IMG/VR virus record: IMGVR_UViG_3300020045_014840
Span: 1 to 36,880 of that record
Direction: 5' to 3' (one strand)
Length of the DNA: 36,880 bases
Origin: a virus
Taxonomy: Duplodnaviria; Caudoviricetes
The translations under genes were made by a program, and so were the position numbers. Below the pieces are notes generated by a model. It searched no databases. It was not told where the DNA came from and saw only the letters and a list, made by a program, of their open reading frames with translations. Each line of letters begins with the position of its first letter. The stretch's first letter is position 1. Shown here one piece after another: positions 16,207 through 26,263 of the stretch.

Positions 16207-17683
16207 AGAATGGAGAATGAACAACCTCTATCGGATCGTGAACAGGAATGGCGATTCCATAAAATTTGTCCTGAATCCTGTGCAATCAGAAGTTCTTAAA
16301 GGATTGCACACCAGGAACCTAATCCTTAAAGCAAGACAATTAGGCATGAGCACGTTCGCCGTTATTTACTATCTGGATGAAGCACTATTCAAGGAGAATA
16401 ATTCTGTAGGTATTGTCAGTTATTCCCTAGAACATGCGCAGCATATCTTCAAGAGGATCATCGGACATGCTCTCGACACCTTACCTGAAAAGCTAAAGCC
16501 TTTGGCTGGGATCGTCAATAGGTCAGCGAGAGAGATTACCTTCAACAATGGCTCTTTCATAAGGGTAGATACGACTTTACGGGGCGGTACATGTCAGCAT
16601 GTATTGGTCAGTGAGTTTGGCAAGACCTGTGCCAGGAATCCGTTGAAGGCAGAAGAAGTGATTACTGGAACACTACAATCCGTACCCATCAGCGGGTCGG
16701 TTATTATCGAATCCACGGGTGAGGGAAATGAAGGATACTTTACCGAACTTTGTAATCAAGCAATCTCTCAAGGAAATGAAAATCTATCTCCTCTCCAATA
16801 TAAGTTGCATTTTTTCCCTTGGTTTAAAGAAGTCAGTTACAGAATGTTGCAAGACGTAACCTATGGGACAGAACTCACCGACTACTTAAACAAGATCGAA
16901 AAGGAGACCGGAGAGACGATTGACCGTCATCAAAGAAACTGGTACGCCCATCAATCTAGTGTCTTGGGCGATAAGGTGCGTCAAGAGTATCCCTCTACCC
17001 CAAAAGAAAGCTTCCTAGCCACTTCCGACGCCTATTACTTCCAGCAATGCATAGAAGCCGCCTACAAGTCCAATAGATGCCTTAACTCATCCATGTATGA
17101 CGCAATCTTCCCTGTCTATGTGGCGATGGATATAGGTGTAAACGATCTAACCGTAATGGTTTTCTTTCAGGTGATCCACGGAGAGATCAGAGTGATTGAC
17201 TACTATGAGGACAAGAATAAAGGTGTAGATTTCTACGCAAAGTTCCTCCTTCAAGATAAAAAGTTCCTCTACGACACCATCTTCCTGCCACACGATGCAG
17301 CGCATAGAGATGGGATTGTCGTAGAAAACACTTACCAGAGAGATTTTCAAAGACTCTTTGGCCAGACCAATACAAAGTTCATCGTCTTGAGGAGAACCGA
17401 TAAGAACGTGATGATCTCAAATGCCAAGATAAAATTTGAAAGGTGTGTCTTCAACATTGCAAGGGTCAAGCCTTTCCTGGACATGATCGCCAAGTACCGG
17501 AAGAAGTGGAGCGAAGCTGTAGGGAAGTGGTTGGACGAACCTCTCCATGACATCAGTAGCAATTACGCGGATGCTTTTCAATATATGGGGCTAGCGGTAA
17601 ATCACTTGGAATCTGTAGGCGGCAATAAATCAGCCCTTGAAAAACACAAAGAGATCGTCGCTAATCGAAAAGGGAAAATATGA
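16187..17683 (+). CDS. terL: Terminase large subunit
   Basis: ILKARQLGMST Walker A, VLVSEFG Walker B, IIESTGEG coupling motif, nuclease domain MDIG...LPHDA...ADAF. Confidence 0.95.
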   Translation: MTGILSKEWRMNNLYRIVNRNGDSIKFVLNPVQSEVLKGLHTRNLILKARQLGMSTFAVIYYLDEALFKENNSVGIVSYSLEHAQHIFKRIIGHALDTLPEKLKPLAGIVNRSAREITFNNGSFIRVDTTLRGGTCQHVLVSEFGKTCARNPLKAEEVITGTLQSVPISGSVIIESTGEGNEGYFTELCNQAISQGNENLSPLQYKLHFFPWFKEVSYRMLQDVTYGTELTDYLNKIEKETGETIDRHQRNWYAHQSSVLGDKVRQEYPSTPKESFLATSDAYYFQQCIEAAYKSNRCLNSSMYDAIFPVYVAMDIGVNDLTVMVFFQVIHGEIRVIDYYEDKNKGVDFYAKFLLQDKKFLYDTIFLPHDAAHRDGIVVENTYQRDFQRLFGQTNTKFIVLRRTDKNVMISNAKIKFERCVFNIARVKPFLDMIAKYRKKWSEAVGKWLDEPLHDISSNYADAFQYMGLAVNHLESVGGNKSALEKHKEIVANRKGKI

Positions 17684-18825
17684 TTATAGAAGGTGATTGT
17701 CTTGAAGTGATGAAGACATTTCCAGACAATCATTTTTCAGCGATTTGCACAGATCCCCCTTACGGTCTTTCATTCATGGGAAAAGAGTGGGATGCAGGTG
17801 TGCCTCATGCGGAGATATGGACTGAAGCATTGCGTGTATCCAAGCCTGGCGCATTCTTATTGGCTTTCGGCGGTACGCGCACATACCATCGCCTAACTTG
17901 CGCGATTGAAGATGCGGGGTGGGAGATACGCGATTGTTTATCCTGGCTGTACGCATCAGGATTTCCGAAAAGTCATAACAATTTCGGCATACCTGGATAC
18001 GGAACCGCCCTTAAGCCAGCATGGGAACCCATCATATTCGCTATGCGTCCTCTCGACGGAACCTTCGCCAAGAATGCAGAGAAGTGGGGACAGGCGGGGA
18101 TTAATATTGATGGGTGTCGGATTCCCATTGATTCTGAAAAGGATGACCCTAGATTAGGGGGAAAAGGGTCTTGGGATACATCTAGTGCAGGTCAGAATGT
18201 CTACGAGGGTGGATATGCCGGAAACAGGATGACTTCTTCACCAAAAGGCCGCTGGCCCGCCAACGTCATGTTCGACGAGGAGGCAGCTGAGATGCTGGAT
18301 GAGAAAAGTGGCATTTCTAATCCAAAGCAGCAGCGTGAAGGTGTCAAAGGTGGATCGGGATTTGGTTATTTCGATGATGTCAAAACGTCTTCAATGAATG
18401 GGGTATGGCCTGGTGATAATGGTGGCGGCGCATCCCGCTTCTTCTACTGCGCCAAGACGAGCAGCAGGGAGAGGAATGAAGGGCTTGAGGCGTTTCCCCT
18501 GAAAGAAAAGAAAACTCTTAATGATTATACGAGTCCGTCAGAGGGGCGCTCTGCATCAAAGAGCGGGGCTCCTATGGCTAATAATCATCCCACAGTTAAG
18601 CCGCTCAAGCTAATGACATACCTCATCAAGCTAATAATGCCTCAAAAAGATGGCATACTGCTGGACCCATTCGCAGGAAGCGGCTCAACTCTTGTTGCGG
18701 CAACTCGTTTGGGGATTGATTGCATAGGAATAGAGAAACAACCCGAATATTGCGAGATCGCAAGAAAACGGGTTGAACATGAACTAGAAAAGCCAAAACA
18801 AATTGATTTGTTCAATGAAAATTGA
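17680..18825 (+). CDS. N4/N6 DNA methyltransferase (beta class)
   Basis: TDPPY catalytic motif N-terminal, HPTVKP and LDPFAGSGST SAM motif C-terminal. Confidence 0.95.
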   Translation: MIIEGDCLEVMKTFPDNHFSAICTDPPYGLSFMGKEWDAGVPHAEIWTEALRVSKPGAFLLAFGGTRTYHRLTCAIEDAGWEIRDCLSWLYASGFPKSHNNFGIPGYGTALKPAWEPIIFAMRPLDGTFAKNAEKWGQAGINIDGCRIPIDSEKDDPRLGGKGSWDTSSAGQNVYEGGYAGNRMTSSPKGRWPANVMFDEEAAEMLDEKSGISNPKQQREGVKGGSGFGYFDDVKTSSMNGVWPGDNGGGASRFFYCAKTSSRERNEGLEAFPLKEKKTLNDYTSPSEGRSASKSGAPMANNHPTVKPLKLMTYLIKLIMPQKDGILLDPFAGSGSTLVAATRLGIDCIGIEKQPEYCEIARKRVEHELEKPKQIDLFNEN

Positions 18826-19003
18826 AAAAGACTACCCTTCCTGGATCTGCAAAGAATGCGTTACATCTCAAGGTTGCACCAATATGAAGAGCCTTTCTAC
18901 CTATCACGAAGGTATCTGTGGCTGGTGCAAAGAGAAAAAGGTTGTCACAGAACCACGGGATTACTACTATCCCCTCTATCCTAGAAAAAGTTACTTAGAA
19001 TAA
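18815..19003 (+). CDS. Small zinc-finger protein
   Basis: WICKEC...STYHEGICGWC...VTEPRDY. Confidence 0.7.
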   Translation: MKIEKDYPSWICKECVTSQGCTNMKSLSTYHEGICGWCKEKKVVTEPRDYYYPLYPRKSYLE

Positions 19004-19058
19004 TTCCCGTCCCCTCTTTTCCGTTTCTTCAAATTATCTCTACTGTTAAGTTAAATTT

Positions 19059-21185
19059 ATGCTTAACGCCAATGAGATCTGGAGCGAGTTCCAGGAAAAC
19101 TACCGCTATGCTCACGATTACTGGTCTCCTTTTGTTGCTAATGCCCAAGTTTATACTCTTGCGGCTTCTGGTTATACATGGAGCGATCAGGAAAGGATTC
19201 AGCTCACTAAAGAGGGAAGAGAGCCTCTAGAGCTGAATATCATGAGAAGGCCATTGCAGTTCTTCTCTGGATACCTTCGCGACAACCTTAACTCTATCGT
19301 CATCGCACCAGTCGAGGGTAGCGATCAAAAGACGGCCGATCAATTTACAAAGCTCTCCTATTACACCTGGGATAAGGGCGAAGGGTACTCCACATTCCTA
19401 GATGCCTGTGATGAATCCATGAAGGCAGGGATCTCTTTATGCGGTCTAATGATGGATTACTCTAAAGACTTCATCAATGGCGATATCACCTTCTTCAAGA
19501 GGTGCTTTAACCAATTCTATTTAGATCCTACATTCGAAAGAACAGACCTAACCGACTGTGCCTTTTCCATTACAAGGGATCTCCTTGATAGAAACTTAAT
19601 AAAACAGCTCCTTCCATTCGTAGATCCTACGCTGATCGACAACATCCAGAACGCTTTTCGAGATGACAAGTTCTTATCGTACCATCCCAACTTCACAACG
19701 CTCAGCCGCAATCGCAACTTGATGGCGTATGATCAGTATTACAAGAGGACCACCAGAAAGAGAAAGTTCCTCGTCGATGAAAGTTCTTCCTATTACAGAG
19801 ACATCACCGATTTGGACAAGGAAGAGGTCTCAAAGCTAAAACTCGGCATCTACCGCTTGAGAAAGATGAGGGAAGAGGCAGAAGAAGGGGCGATGGGAGA
19901 AGAAGGACTTCCACCTGTCTTGGAGATTAGAGAGGAAAATAGACCCTACGTAGAGCTTCACATCATGCTCAACGGCCAGGAAGTCTATAACGGAGAGGAC
20001 AAGACAGGGATCGTTGAAACATACCCATTCGCCCCAATCATTTCCTATTTTGAACCTTCTATCTGGATGCCATCACAAAGAATCCAAGGTATCGCCTCCT
20101 GTCTCTGGTCCGCACAAAGACAATTCAATAAGCGCCACATGAAGATCGTCGACATGATGGATTCTACTATCTCTACCGGTTTCAAATATTTGATCGGGTC
20201 TTTAGCTGATCCACAAGACCTCCAGCAATCAGGACAGAACAAAATCATCGGCGTAGATCCTGAAGGGGCAGGTCCAGCGGGTCTAGGGGCTGTCGAACAG
20301 TTGCAAGGAGGGGGAGCCAATCCCGCTCTTGTAGAGTACCAGAAAGTTCTAGATCAATTGACCCTCACCCTTGCCAACATCAATGAATCTGTCTTGGGAG
20401 TCGATGAGAAAGGAAATACCCAAGTCTCAGGAAGACTGGCTCAGGTGAGGATTGCTCAAGGCTTGAGATCCAATCGAAAGATCTTCGACAACATAGAACT
20501 AAGCCAAAAGATCTTGGGCGGCTTGGTATTGAAAACCATCCAGAACCACTATCCCCCAGGCAAAGTAGAGCGGATCATCGGGGAAAAACCGACGCCACAA
20601 TTCTATGAAAAAGAATTCGAACAATATGACGCGGTAGTTAAAGAAGGCGTCAGGTCCCAATCTCAGCGGGATGCTTACTACTATGAATTGGTACAACTCA
20701 AAAAAGATGGAGTCGTCAATGTTCCAGAATCTGAAATTGTTAGAGCGCTTCAAATGGCTGGCCTTGACGATCTACAAAAAGCTATTCAGCAGCAGCAGCA
20801 ACAGCTAGCACAGCAACAACAGATGGCTGCTAAAGTGGAAATGGAAGCGTTAGATGCTAAGAAACAAGCGGACCTTGGTTTGGCAGAAGAGAGGAAGTCT
20901 AGAGTCATCAGCAATCTTTCTCTAAAAGACGAAAGGGAATCAGAAGCAGTACAAAATATAGCTCAAGCAACACTAGATAGAGCCAGAACCATCACAGAGA
21001 TCGCCAAGATGCACGATGACAGGATCTTACAGGTATTGCAATTCGTCAATCAGTTGGAACAACAAGAAGCAGCTCAACGAGAGATGCAAAAAGAGCAAGT
21101 CGCTGAACAGGCAAATAGTGTCGATGCAGCGACCTTAAGCGGTGGTCAAGAGCCACAACAACAAGAGGAAAATTATGGCATATGA
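19059..21185 (+). CDS. Portal protein (P22-like)
   Basis: 708 aa after terL; GYTWS...GREPLELN N-terminal motif, SGR motif, Gln-rich helical C-terminal barrel. Confidence 0.88.
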   Translation: MLNANEIWSEFQENYRYAHDYWSPFVANAQVYTLAASGYTWSDQERIQLTKEGREPLELNIMRRPLQFFSGYLRDNLNSIVIAPVEGSDQKTADQFTKLSYYTWDKGEGYSTFLDACDESMKAGISLCGLMMDYSKDFINGDITFFKRCFNQFYLDPTFERTDLTDCAFSITRDLLDRNLIKQLLPFVDPTLIDNIQNAFRDDKFLSYHPNFTTLSRNRNLMAYDQYYKRTTRKRKFLVDESSSYYRDITDLDKEEVSKLKLGIYRLRKMREEAEEGAMGEEGLPPVLEIREENRPYVELHIMLNGQEVYNGEDKTGIVETYPFAPIISYFEPSIWMPSQRIQGIASCLWSAQRQFNKRHMKIVDMMDSTISTGFKYLIGSLADPQDLQQSGQNKIIGVDPEGAGPAGLGAVEQLQGGGANPALVEYQKVLDQLTLTLANINESVLGVDEKGNTQVSGRLAQVRIAQGLRSNRKIFDNIELSQKILGGLVLKTIQNHYPPGKVERIIGEKPTPQFYEKEFEQYDAVVKEGVRSQSQRDAYYYELVQLKKDGVVNVPESEIVRALQMAGLDDLQKAIQQQQQQLAQQQQMAAKVEMEALDAKKQADLGLAEERKSRVISNLSLKDERESEAVQNIAQATLDRARTITEIAKMHDDRILQVLQFVNQLEQQEAAQREMQKEQVAEQANSVDAATLSGGQEPQQQEENYGI

Positions 21186-21390
21186 CAAAGCCAAAGGTGG
21201 AGATGCCGGCGGTAAATTTATGGATAATGGACGAGGTGTCTGTTCGTATAAAGACGGCACCATGTCCAAAGCAGCCAGGGTAGAACCTGAATGTGGACCT
21301 GGTTCTAATGCAGATCAATCAAAAGCAAACAGACTGCTTAAATCTGCTCAGAAGAAAGTCGATTCTCTCCGCGGTGAAAGTGGGATGTAA
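21175..21390 (+). CDS. Hypothetical small virion-region protein
   Basis: MAYDKAKGG start with GAGGA SD overlapping the portal end. Confidence 0.65.
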   Translation: MAYDKAKGGDAGGKFMDNGRGVCSYKDGTMSKAARVEPECGPGSNADQSKANRLLKSAQKKVDSLRGESGM

Positions 21391-21393
21391 TAG

Positions 21394-21771
21394 ATGTCTG
21401 TATCGCCTTTGATTGAAGTTCCGGACCTTCTTCTTCATCCAGATTTCATGGATGAAAAAGAAACACTCAAGAAATTTCTTAACAAGGCGCTAGAGACAAT
21501 TGTCAATCAAAACCAAAAAAGAGATGAGAGCTATTTCATCATCTTCCACGAAAAATCTGATGCATCCAACTCTCAGCATAAGATCCGTGTGAAGACAACA
21601 CTTCCTTCCTTCATCACCAATTCAATTGTGTGGTGGGTAAATAATAAGCAAGGGATTTGCGAATGGCTCTGGACTGTACCGCCTAAAGAAGTGGGAAAAC
21701 CCATGAGAGTTGAGTTCAATACTACAGGTGTCGCCTACCTGAAAGCAAAGGGTGTTATGCCAACGCAATAG
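21394..21771 (+). CDS. Hypothetical protein
   Basis: 125-aa ORF in the head operon. Confidence 0.7.
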   Translation: MSVSPLIEVPDLLLHPDFMDEKETLKKFLNKALETIVNQNQKRDESYFIIFHEKSDASNSQHKIRVKTTLPSFITNSIVWWVNNKQGICEWLWTVPPKEVGKPMRVEFNTTGVAYLKAKGVMPTQ

Positions 21772-21797
21772 GCTGTATTGCGATTTAACGGGGTAAA

Positions 21798-22445
21798 ATG
21801 AGTGCAGAGACCGTTCCTGTCAAAGAAGAGACTGAAGAAGTATCGGCTCCTATAGAGGCTGTAAAAGAGCCTGTAGAGGCAGTAGAAGAATCATCTTCAC
21901 AAGAGGAAGAAAAGGAAGAAATAGCCCAGAAAGAGACGAATGTCCCTTTGCATGCTCTTCAAAAAGAGCGGAAGAAGAGACAGGAGCTTGAAATTGAGCT
22001 GCGGCTTCTGAAAGAGCAACAGACAAAACCTGTAACCCCTCCTCAAGAAGATGAATCCAGATACGAAGCAGTCACGAAAGAAGAGTTGGGGAATTCCCAA
22101 AAAAACATCATCCGTGCTGTTGAAGAAAGAGCTTGGATAAAAGACTTTCCTGAACGGGCGGCTGAAGTAAACGAGAAACTAGGTGAATTTTTAAAGCAAC
22201 GTCCTAACCTTGCATCCGCAATTGAGGGCTCTACCAATAGATATGAAGAGGCATGGGAGCTAATGGATAAATTATCTCCAAAGCAGAAAGCAGCTTTAAG
22301 GCCAACGGTTTCAGCTAAAAAGGACGCTCCAGGATCTCCATCTTCCGTTCCTAAAGCCGCAGCCATCAACCAAGCCGTTGACTTTTCTGCCATGACCGAT
22401 CAGGAATTTAATGCGTGGAGACAACAAAAGAGGAAGAAGAGGTAG
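21798..22445 (+). CDS. Putative capsid scaffolding protein
   Basis: Acidic N-terminus, VPLHALQKERKKRQELE coiled coil, MTDQEF C-terminus; immediately upstream of the capsid gene. Confidence 0.75.
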   Translation: MSAETVPVKEETEEVSAPIEAVKEPVEAVEESSSQEEEKEEIAQKETNVPLHALQKERKKRQELEIELRLLKEQQTKPVTPPQEDESRYEAVTKEELGNSQKNIIRAVEERAWIKDFPERAAEVNEKLGEFLKQRPNLASAIEGSTNRYEEAWELMDKLSPKQKAALRPTVSAKKDAPGSPSSVPKAAAINQAVDFSAMTDQEFNAWRQQKRKKR

Positions 22446-22473
22446 GGCTTATGCTTAAAGGAACAAGCAATAC

Positions 22474-23412
22474 ATGTCCATTACCACAACCTCAACCTAC
22501 GGCTCGATGGCCGATAGATGGGCACACCGTGCCCTTCTGCAACGATCTAAGCCCCGTTGCATACATAATCTTTTTGGAAGAGCTTTCACGCTCCCTCAAA
22601 AGAATACCGACACAATGGCATTTAGACGCCAGGAAAACCTAAACAACGATCCTGTCGTTCTAGCACAAGATGCCGACCCTGCTCCTGAGCAAGTACAGAA
22701 ATTTGACATCAACGTCACCATCCAAGAGTTCGGCAAAGTTGTCTTGCTCTCCAGGAAAGTGATCTTGGTCGTTGAAGATGATACTGCTAATGAGACAGCC
22801 GACAACCTTTCTCAGTGCATGCACACCATGCTCGATAAAGTGACTCGCGATGTCTTTGATAGCGCCGTTCCACAGATCTCTTGTCTGAACGGAGTAAATG
22901 GGAATGCGATCACAGAATTGACTCAGATCGATGTCAATCGAGCGATCGCCTATCTAGATGAGAATGATAGCGAAAAGATGACACCTACTGTTGAAGGTAC
23001 GATGAGATTCGGTACCGGCCCAGTAGAACCAGCATATTGGGTATGCGCTCATGTAAAACTAAAACCCGATATCAGGTCATTGGATGCGTTTGTCCCTACT
23101 TCTCAATACGGCAGCCAAGATCCAGTGTTACAAGCTGAATTCGGAGCTACTGATGAAGCTAGATGGTGCGTCTCTACCCTTGTAAAGTTCACAAGCGACT
23201 CACCTCCTGTCTACAGCAACACCTTCATCGCAGCTAATGCGTATGGATATGTTGGCTTGGATGAAGTCTCTACAGAGATGATCTTGAAACCTCTTGGCTT
23301 CAATGATTACCTCAATAGATTCCAGTCTATGGGATTCACTGCATGGTTCAATGCCGCCATCTTGGATGACTCTCACATCGTAACGCTGCTGTCAACCCAA
23401 TCGGCTGCATAA
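22474..23412 (+). CDS. Major capsid protein (N4-gp56-like family)
   Basis: LLQRSKP..IHNLFG...LPQKNTDTMAFRR...TIQEFG...EFGA.DE.RW...LNRFQSMG; position after scaffold; AAGGA SD. Confidence 0.88.
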   Translation: MSITTTSTYGSMADRWAHRALLQRSKPRCIHNLFGRAFTLPQKNTDTMAFRRQENLNNDPVVLAQDADPAPEQVQKFDINVTIQEFGKVVLLSRKVILVVEDDTANETADNLSQCMHTMLDKVTRDVFDSAVPQISCLNGVNGNAITELTQIDVNRAIAYLDENDSEKMTPTVEGTMRFGTGPVEPAYWVCAHVKLKPDIRSLDAFVPTSQYGSQDPVLQAEFGATDEARWCVSTLVKFTSDSPPVYSNTFIAANAYGYVGLDEVSTEMILKPLGFNDYLNRFQSMGFTAWFNAAILDDSHIVTLLSTQSAA

Positions 23413-23428
23413 TCTATAAGGAGCAACT

Positions 23429-24196
23429 ATGTCTGATCTATTTCAAGGTCAATCGATGAGCGAAGCCTACCAGTTCATTTCTGCTGGCACTGCTCATACC
23501 TTTTCATTCAACTTCCAACCGGACAAAGTGGTTTTCAATAACCTCTCCGACTGGACGTCAACAGCTGGCGGATTGCCTATCAACGTTTGGTTTAGAGGCC
23601 AGACTACGGCAGCACACGCCTTCCAACACAAAGTTATCGACTCAGCTGCTGCTCAGTCCTTCAACTTCGTGGATGTAGCCACTAACGGCTTTACTGTCGC
23701 TGATACCGACGGTGGGGTCCCAGCATTCAGGGCTTCTATCTCGGCCGTCTCTAAGGCTGATCCTTGCGTAGTCACCACTTCGGCAGCTCATGGCTTCCAA
23801 AGTGAACAGATCGTGCGGATCACTGACTTAGGCGATGTCGGCGTAAGTAACCGCGGTATGGGTCAATTGGACGGCAATAGATACCGGATCATTGTCTTGA
23901 CGACTACGACTTTCTCATTGAAAGATCCGGTCACCGATGAGCCAATTGACTCTACTGACTACACCACTTGGGTAGCGGGAGGTAGATGTACTATCGAGTC
24001 CAGAGTCATATCACTTAACAATCCTCAAGTGTACCCATACGCGTCAACACCGTATGTGCCCAATCCCTTCGAGTATGATCCTATAACTTATCAGCTTACA
24101 GCTGGAACATCGGTAATGGGTTCAGATTCTGATGTATTTTTGATTGAAGTATATAAATGGGGACAGCTAGAAGACTTAGGTGATTTAGTAACCTAA
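23429..24196 (+). CDS. Putative capsid decoration protein with E1-FCCH-like domain
   Basis: ISAVSKADPCVVTTSAAHGF...VRIT...GMGQLDGNRY...TTTFSL; AAGGAG SD. Confidence 0.7.
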   Translation: MSDLFQGQSMSEAYQFISAGTAHTFSFNFQPDKVVFNNLSDWTSTAGGLPINVWFRGQTTAAHAFQHKVIDSAAAQSFNFVDVATNGFTVADTDGGVPAFRASISAVSKADPCVVTTSAAHGFQSEQIVRITDLGDVGVSNRGMGQLDGNRYRIIVLTTTTFSLKDPVTDEPIDSTDYTTWVAGGRCTIESRVISLNNPQVYPYASTPYVPNPFEYDPITYQLTAGTSVMGSDSDVFLIEVYKWGQLEDLGDLVT

Positions 24197-24222
24197 AAAC
24201 TAGTGTAATAACCCTAACAATT

Positions 24223-24255
24223 AAAGGGACTCTCTCTAGGGTCCCTTTCTTTTTT
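24223..24255 (+). terminator. Rho-independent terminator after the capsid genes
   Basis: AAAGGGACTC / GGGTCCCTTT stem followed by CTTTTTT. Confidence 0.8.
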
Positions 24256-24572
24256 CAAGAAAAATCTGTATGAGAAAGATTATACCCATCCGAGTCCCGA
24301 TAGCAGTACCCGTTATCCAATTGATCTTTCCACTGATTCGTCTGATTGATCAAACTCAAGAGATAGTCTAAGGACACCTTCTCTCCGTATTCGTTGAAGA
24401 TCTCTATATGAGGCTGGGAAAGTTCCTTCTTCCAGTCTTCAAATGGAGATATGTCATGATATGACTGGAACAGAAACCTCCATCCGCCTGATTGTTTTCC
24501 GATATGTTTTTCGGTAAAATATCGACCGCAAGCCTTACAGGGAGAGTATCTAGCGTAATAATTAGTGCCCAT
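24255..24572 (-). CDS. Moron-like hypothetical phage protein (MGTNYY family)
   Basis: MGTNYY...CKACGR...HIGKQSGGWRFLF...FNEYG; opposite strand within the structural operon, own promoter. Confidence 0.8.
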   Translation of the reverse strand: MGTNYYARYSPCKACGRYFTEKHIGKQSGGWRFLFQSYHDISPFEDWKKELSQPHIEIFNEYGEKVSLDYLLSLINQTNQWKDQLDNGYCYRDSDGYNLSHTDFS

Positions 24573-24579
24573 TCGGAAG

Positions 24580-24608
24580 AGTGTAAAAAAAATACTGATA
24601 GATGTCAA
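24580..24608 (-). promoter_or_regulatory. Near-consensus sigma70/66 promoter
   Basis: TTGACA-N17-TACACT, 7 nt before the ATG at 24572. Confidence 0.8.
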
Positions 24609-24675
24609 TTCTTCGGAAATCCCTAATAGTTCCCGCACCCCCATTTTTCTCTATGCAGCTGTTCACTGGAATGGT

Positions 24676-24699
24676 GCTGTTCAATATATATTGAACAGC
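24676..24699. repeat. Perfect 24-bp palindrome
   Basis: GCTGTTCAATATATATTGAACAGC; extra half-site CAGCTGTTCA about 20 bp upstream. Confidence 0.9.
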
Positions 24700-24765
24700 T
24701 GATGCGCCTTTGGTGTACCATCCAAAATTATGTCTTGATAGAATCCCCTCACTAAAGAGGCACCC

Positions 24766-25095
24766 ATGGTAGCAGTCGGACAACTCCCTCATCGCTTCGC
24801 CATTACGAACATCACAAATGCTCTTCCATGTACTGTCACTACTGCAGAAGCCAACGAATACTCTACAGGCGACTTTGTAAGACTGACGGGCCTAGATGGC
24901 TGGATGCCTGTTCCTAGAGGCGTAGATGAGCTGAACAACAATCGTTACCGGATCGTTGTGACCGGGACGACAACTTTCACACTTCAAGACCCCATCACCC
25001 ATGACCCCATCGATTCTTCAAATTTTCCTTCGTATGTAACGGGCGGCTCAGTTAACTTGATAGAAACGACATTCTTTTATTATGGAGAAGAATAA
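24766..25095 (+). CDS. Stand-alone E1-FCCH-like domain protein, paralog of 23429..24196
   Basis: ITNITNALPCTVTT...VRLTGL...NNRYRIVV..TTTFTLQDPITHDPIDS; AGAGG SD. Confidence 0.8.
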   Translation: MVAVGQLPHRFAITNITNALPCTVTTAEANEYSTGDFVRLTGLDGWMPVPRGVDELNNNRYRIVVTGTTTFTLQDPITHDPIDSSNFPSYVTGGSVNLIETTFFYYGEE

Positions 25096-25565
25096 TGCCA
25101 CGACCCAGGAAAGTAAAAGTAGAAGAGCCCGATCTAATGAGTGCAGCTTTAAGTAGTGCTCCTAAAGACAAAGAAGGGACCGATCTTCACAACATGCCGC
25201 TCAAGACATTGGCCGATTATTGTAGGTACAACAAGGAAGCGAGACGTCTGAACAAGAAACTAGGGCTGTTGCGCTATCCAGTTAAGCAGTGTCCTCTAGA
25301 ACTTCACCCTACCGACAGGATTGTCTTTGGACGGAAAGATCAGCCCATGAATCCTCTTCCCGTCTACCTTTCCAATGAACTGATCGAATTCAAGATGAAG
25401 CTCATCCCAGGGAAAACTTACGATCTTCCAAGAGTCGTGATCGACTATCTCTCCAAGAAAGGTACTCCTATCTGGAAATGGTTTGATAATGTCGATGGCT
25501 CTAAAGAAACCCGTGTAGCTACGGTAGATCCTCGATTTTCTATCAGAACGGTCTATCAGGATTGA
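25095..25565 (+). CDS. Hypothetical protein
   Basis: 156 aa, TAATG overlap, GGAG SD. Confidence 0.75.
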   Translation: MPRPRKVKVEEPDLMSAALSSAPKDKEGTDLHNMPLKTLADYCRYNKEARRLNKKLGLLRYPVKQCPLELHPTDRIVFGRKDQPMNPLPVYLSNELIEFKMKLIPGKTYDLPRVVIDYLSKKGTPIWKWFDNVDGSKETRVATVDPRFSIRTVYQD

Positions 25566-25568
25566 TGT

Positions 25569-26261
25569 ATGGCGCAAGCTGTCTCCGATGTCTTGAGAAC
25601 CATGAGACTTGCTCTTGGACGGAGGAACGAGAACGATCCAGATAGCAATGATGATACTCTTCATGAATACATCAATGATTTCATCAATCTAACGATGGCT
25701 GATGATGTAAAGCTGTTCGAGCAGTTTGGCACCCTTAGATTCACCATCGACGAGACCAACACGACAGGCGTCTATACTTTTAATGATGTAGGAGCAGACG
25801 CCACCTTCACAAACATCTCCCAGGAAGCCTTCATCACTTTGACTGACCCTCCTGAAGGCTCAGTTTCCTGGAACCAATTATACGTATATCAGGACCCTGG
25901 CGTATTCTTCTTGGAATGGGGCGTAAACAACTCCGACATCCTCATCCCTGGTTACCCTACCGAGATGCTCTATTACGGGACAGAGATGACTTTTAGGACC
26001 ATTCCCAACACTTCCTACGATGTCATCATCTACGGCTATAAGATCCAGCCAACATTTAGTAGTGTTGGAGATCCAGATTTACCCTTTGATTATTGGATGA
26101 GATATCTGGCGTATGGCGCTGCGATGAACTACGCCAGAGACTTTCGGTTTGAAGAAGATAAACTGGGGATGCTCAATAGACACTTCCAGCATGAGAGGAA
26201 GCAGCTATTGACGCGCACTCACAATCAGCAAAAACAGCAGAGAGCATATCCAAGGTTCTAA
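25569..26261 (+). CDS. Putative head-tail adaptor protein
   Basis: Helical N-terminus (LHEYINDF), beta middle, YLAYGAA C-terminal motif typical of podophage adaptors; position. Confidence 0.65.
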   Translation: MAQAVSDVLRTMRLALGRRNENDPDSNDDTLHEYINDFINLTMADDVKLFEQFGTLRFTIDETNTTGVYTFNDVGADATFTNISQEAFITLTDPPEGSVSWNQLYVYQDPGVFFLEWGVNNSDILIPGYPTEMLYYGTEMTFRTIPNTSYDVIIYGYKIQPTFSSVGDPDLPFDYWMRYLAYGAAMNYARDFRFEEDKLGMLNRHFQHERKQLLTRTHNQQKQQRAYPRF

Positions 26262-26263
26262 AG

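Noticed and set aside
24676-24699. N15-type telomere (telRL) of a linear phage-plasmid
   Set aside because: No protelomerase-like ORF, and the palindrome is much shorter than known tel sites; kept only as an unexplained palindrome
24562-24792. 76-aa minus-strand ORF
   Set aside because: Runs through a consensus promoter and the palindrome and overlaps the start of 24766..25095; likely spurious
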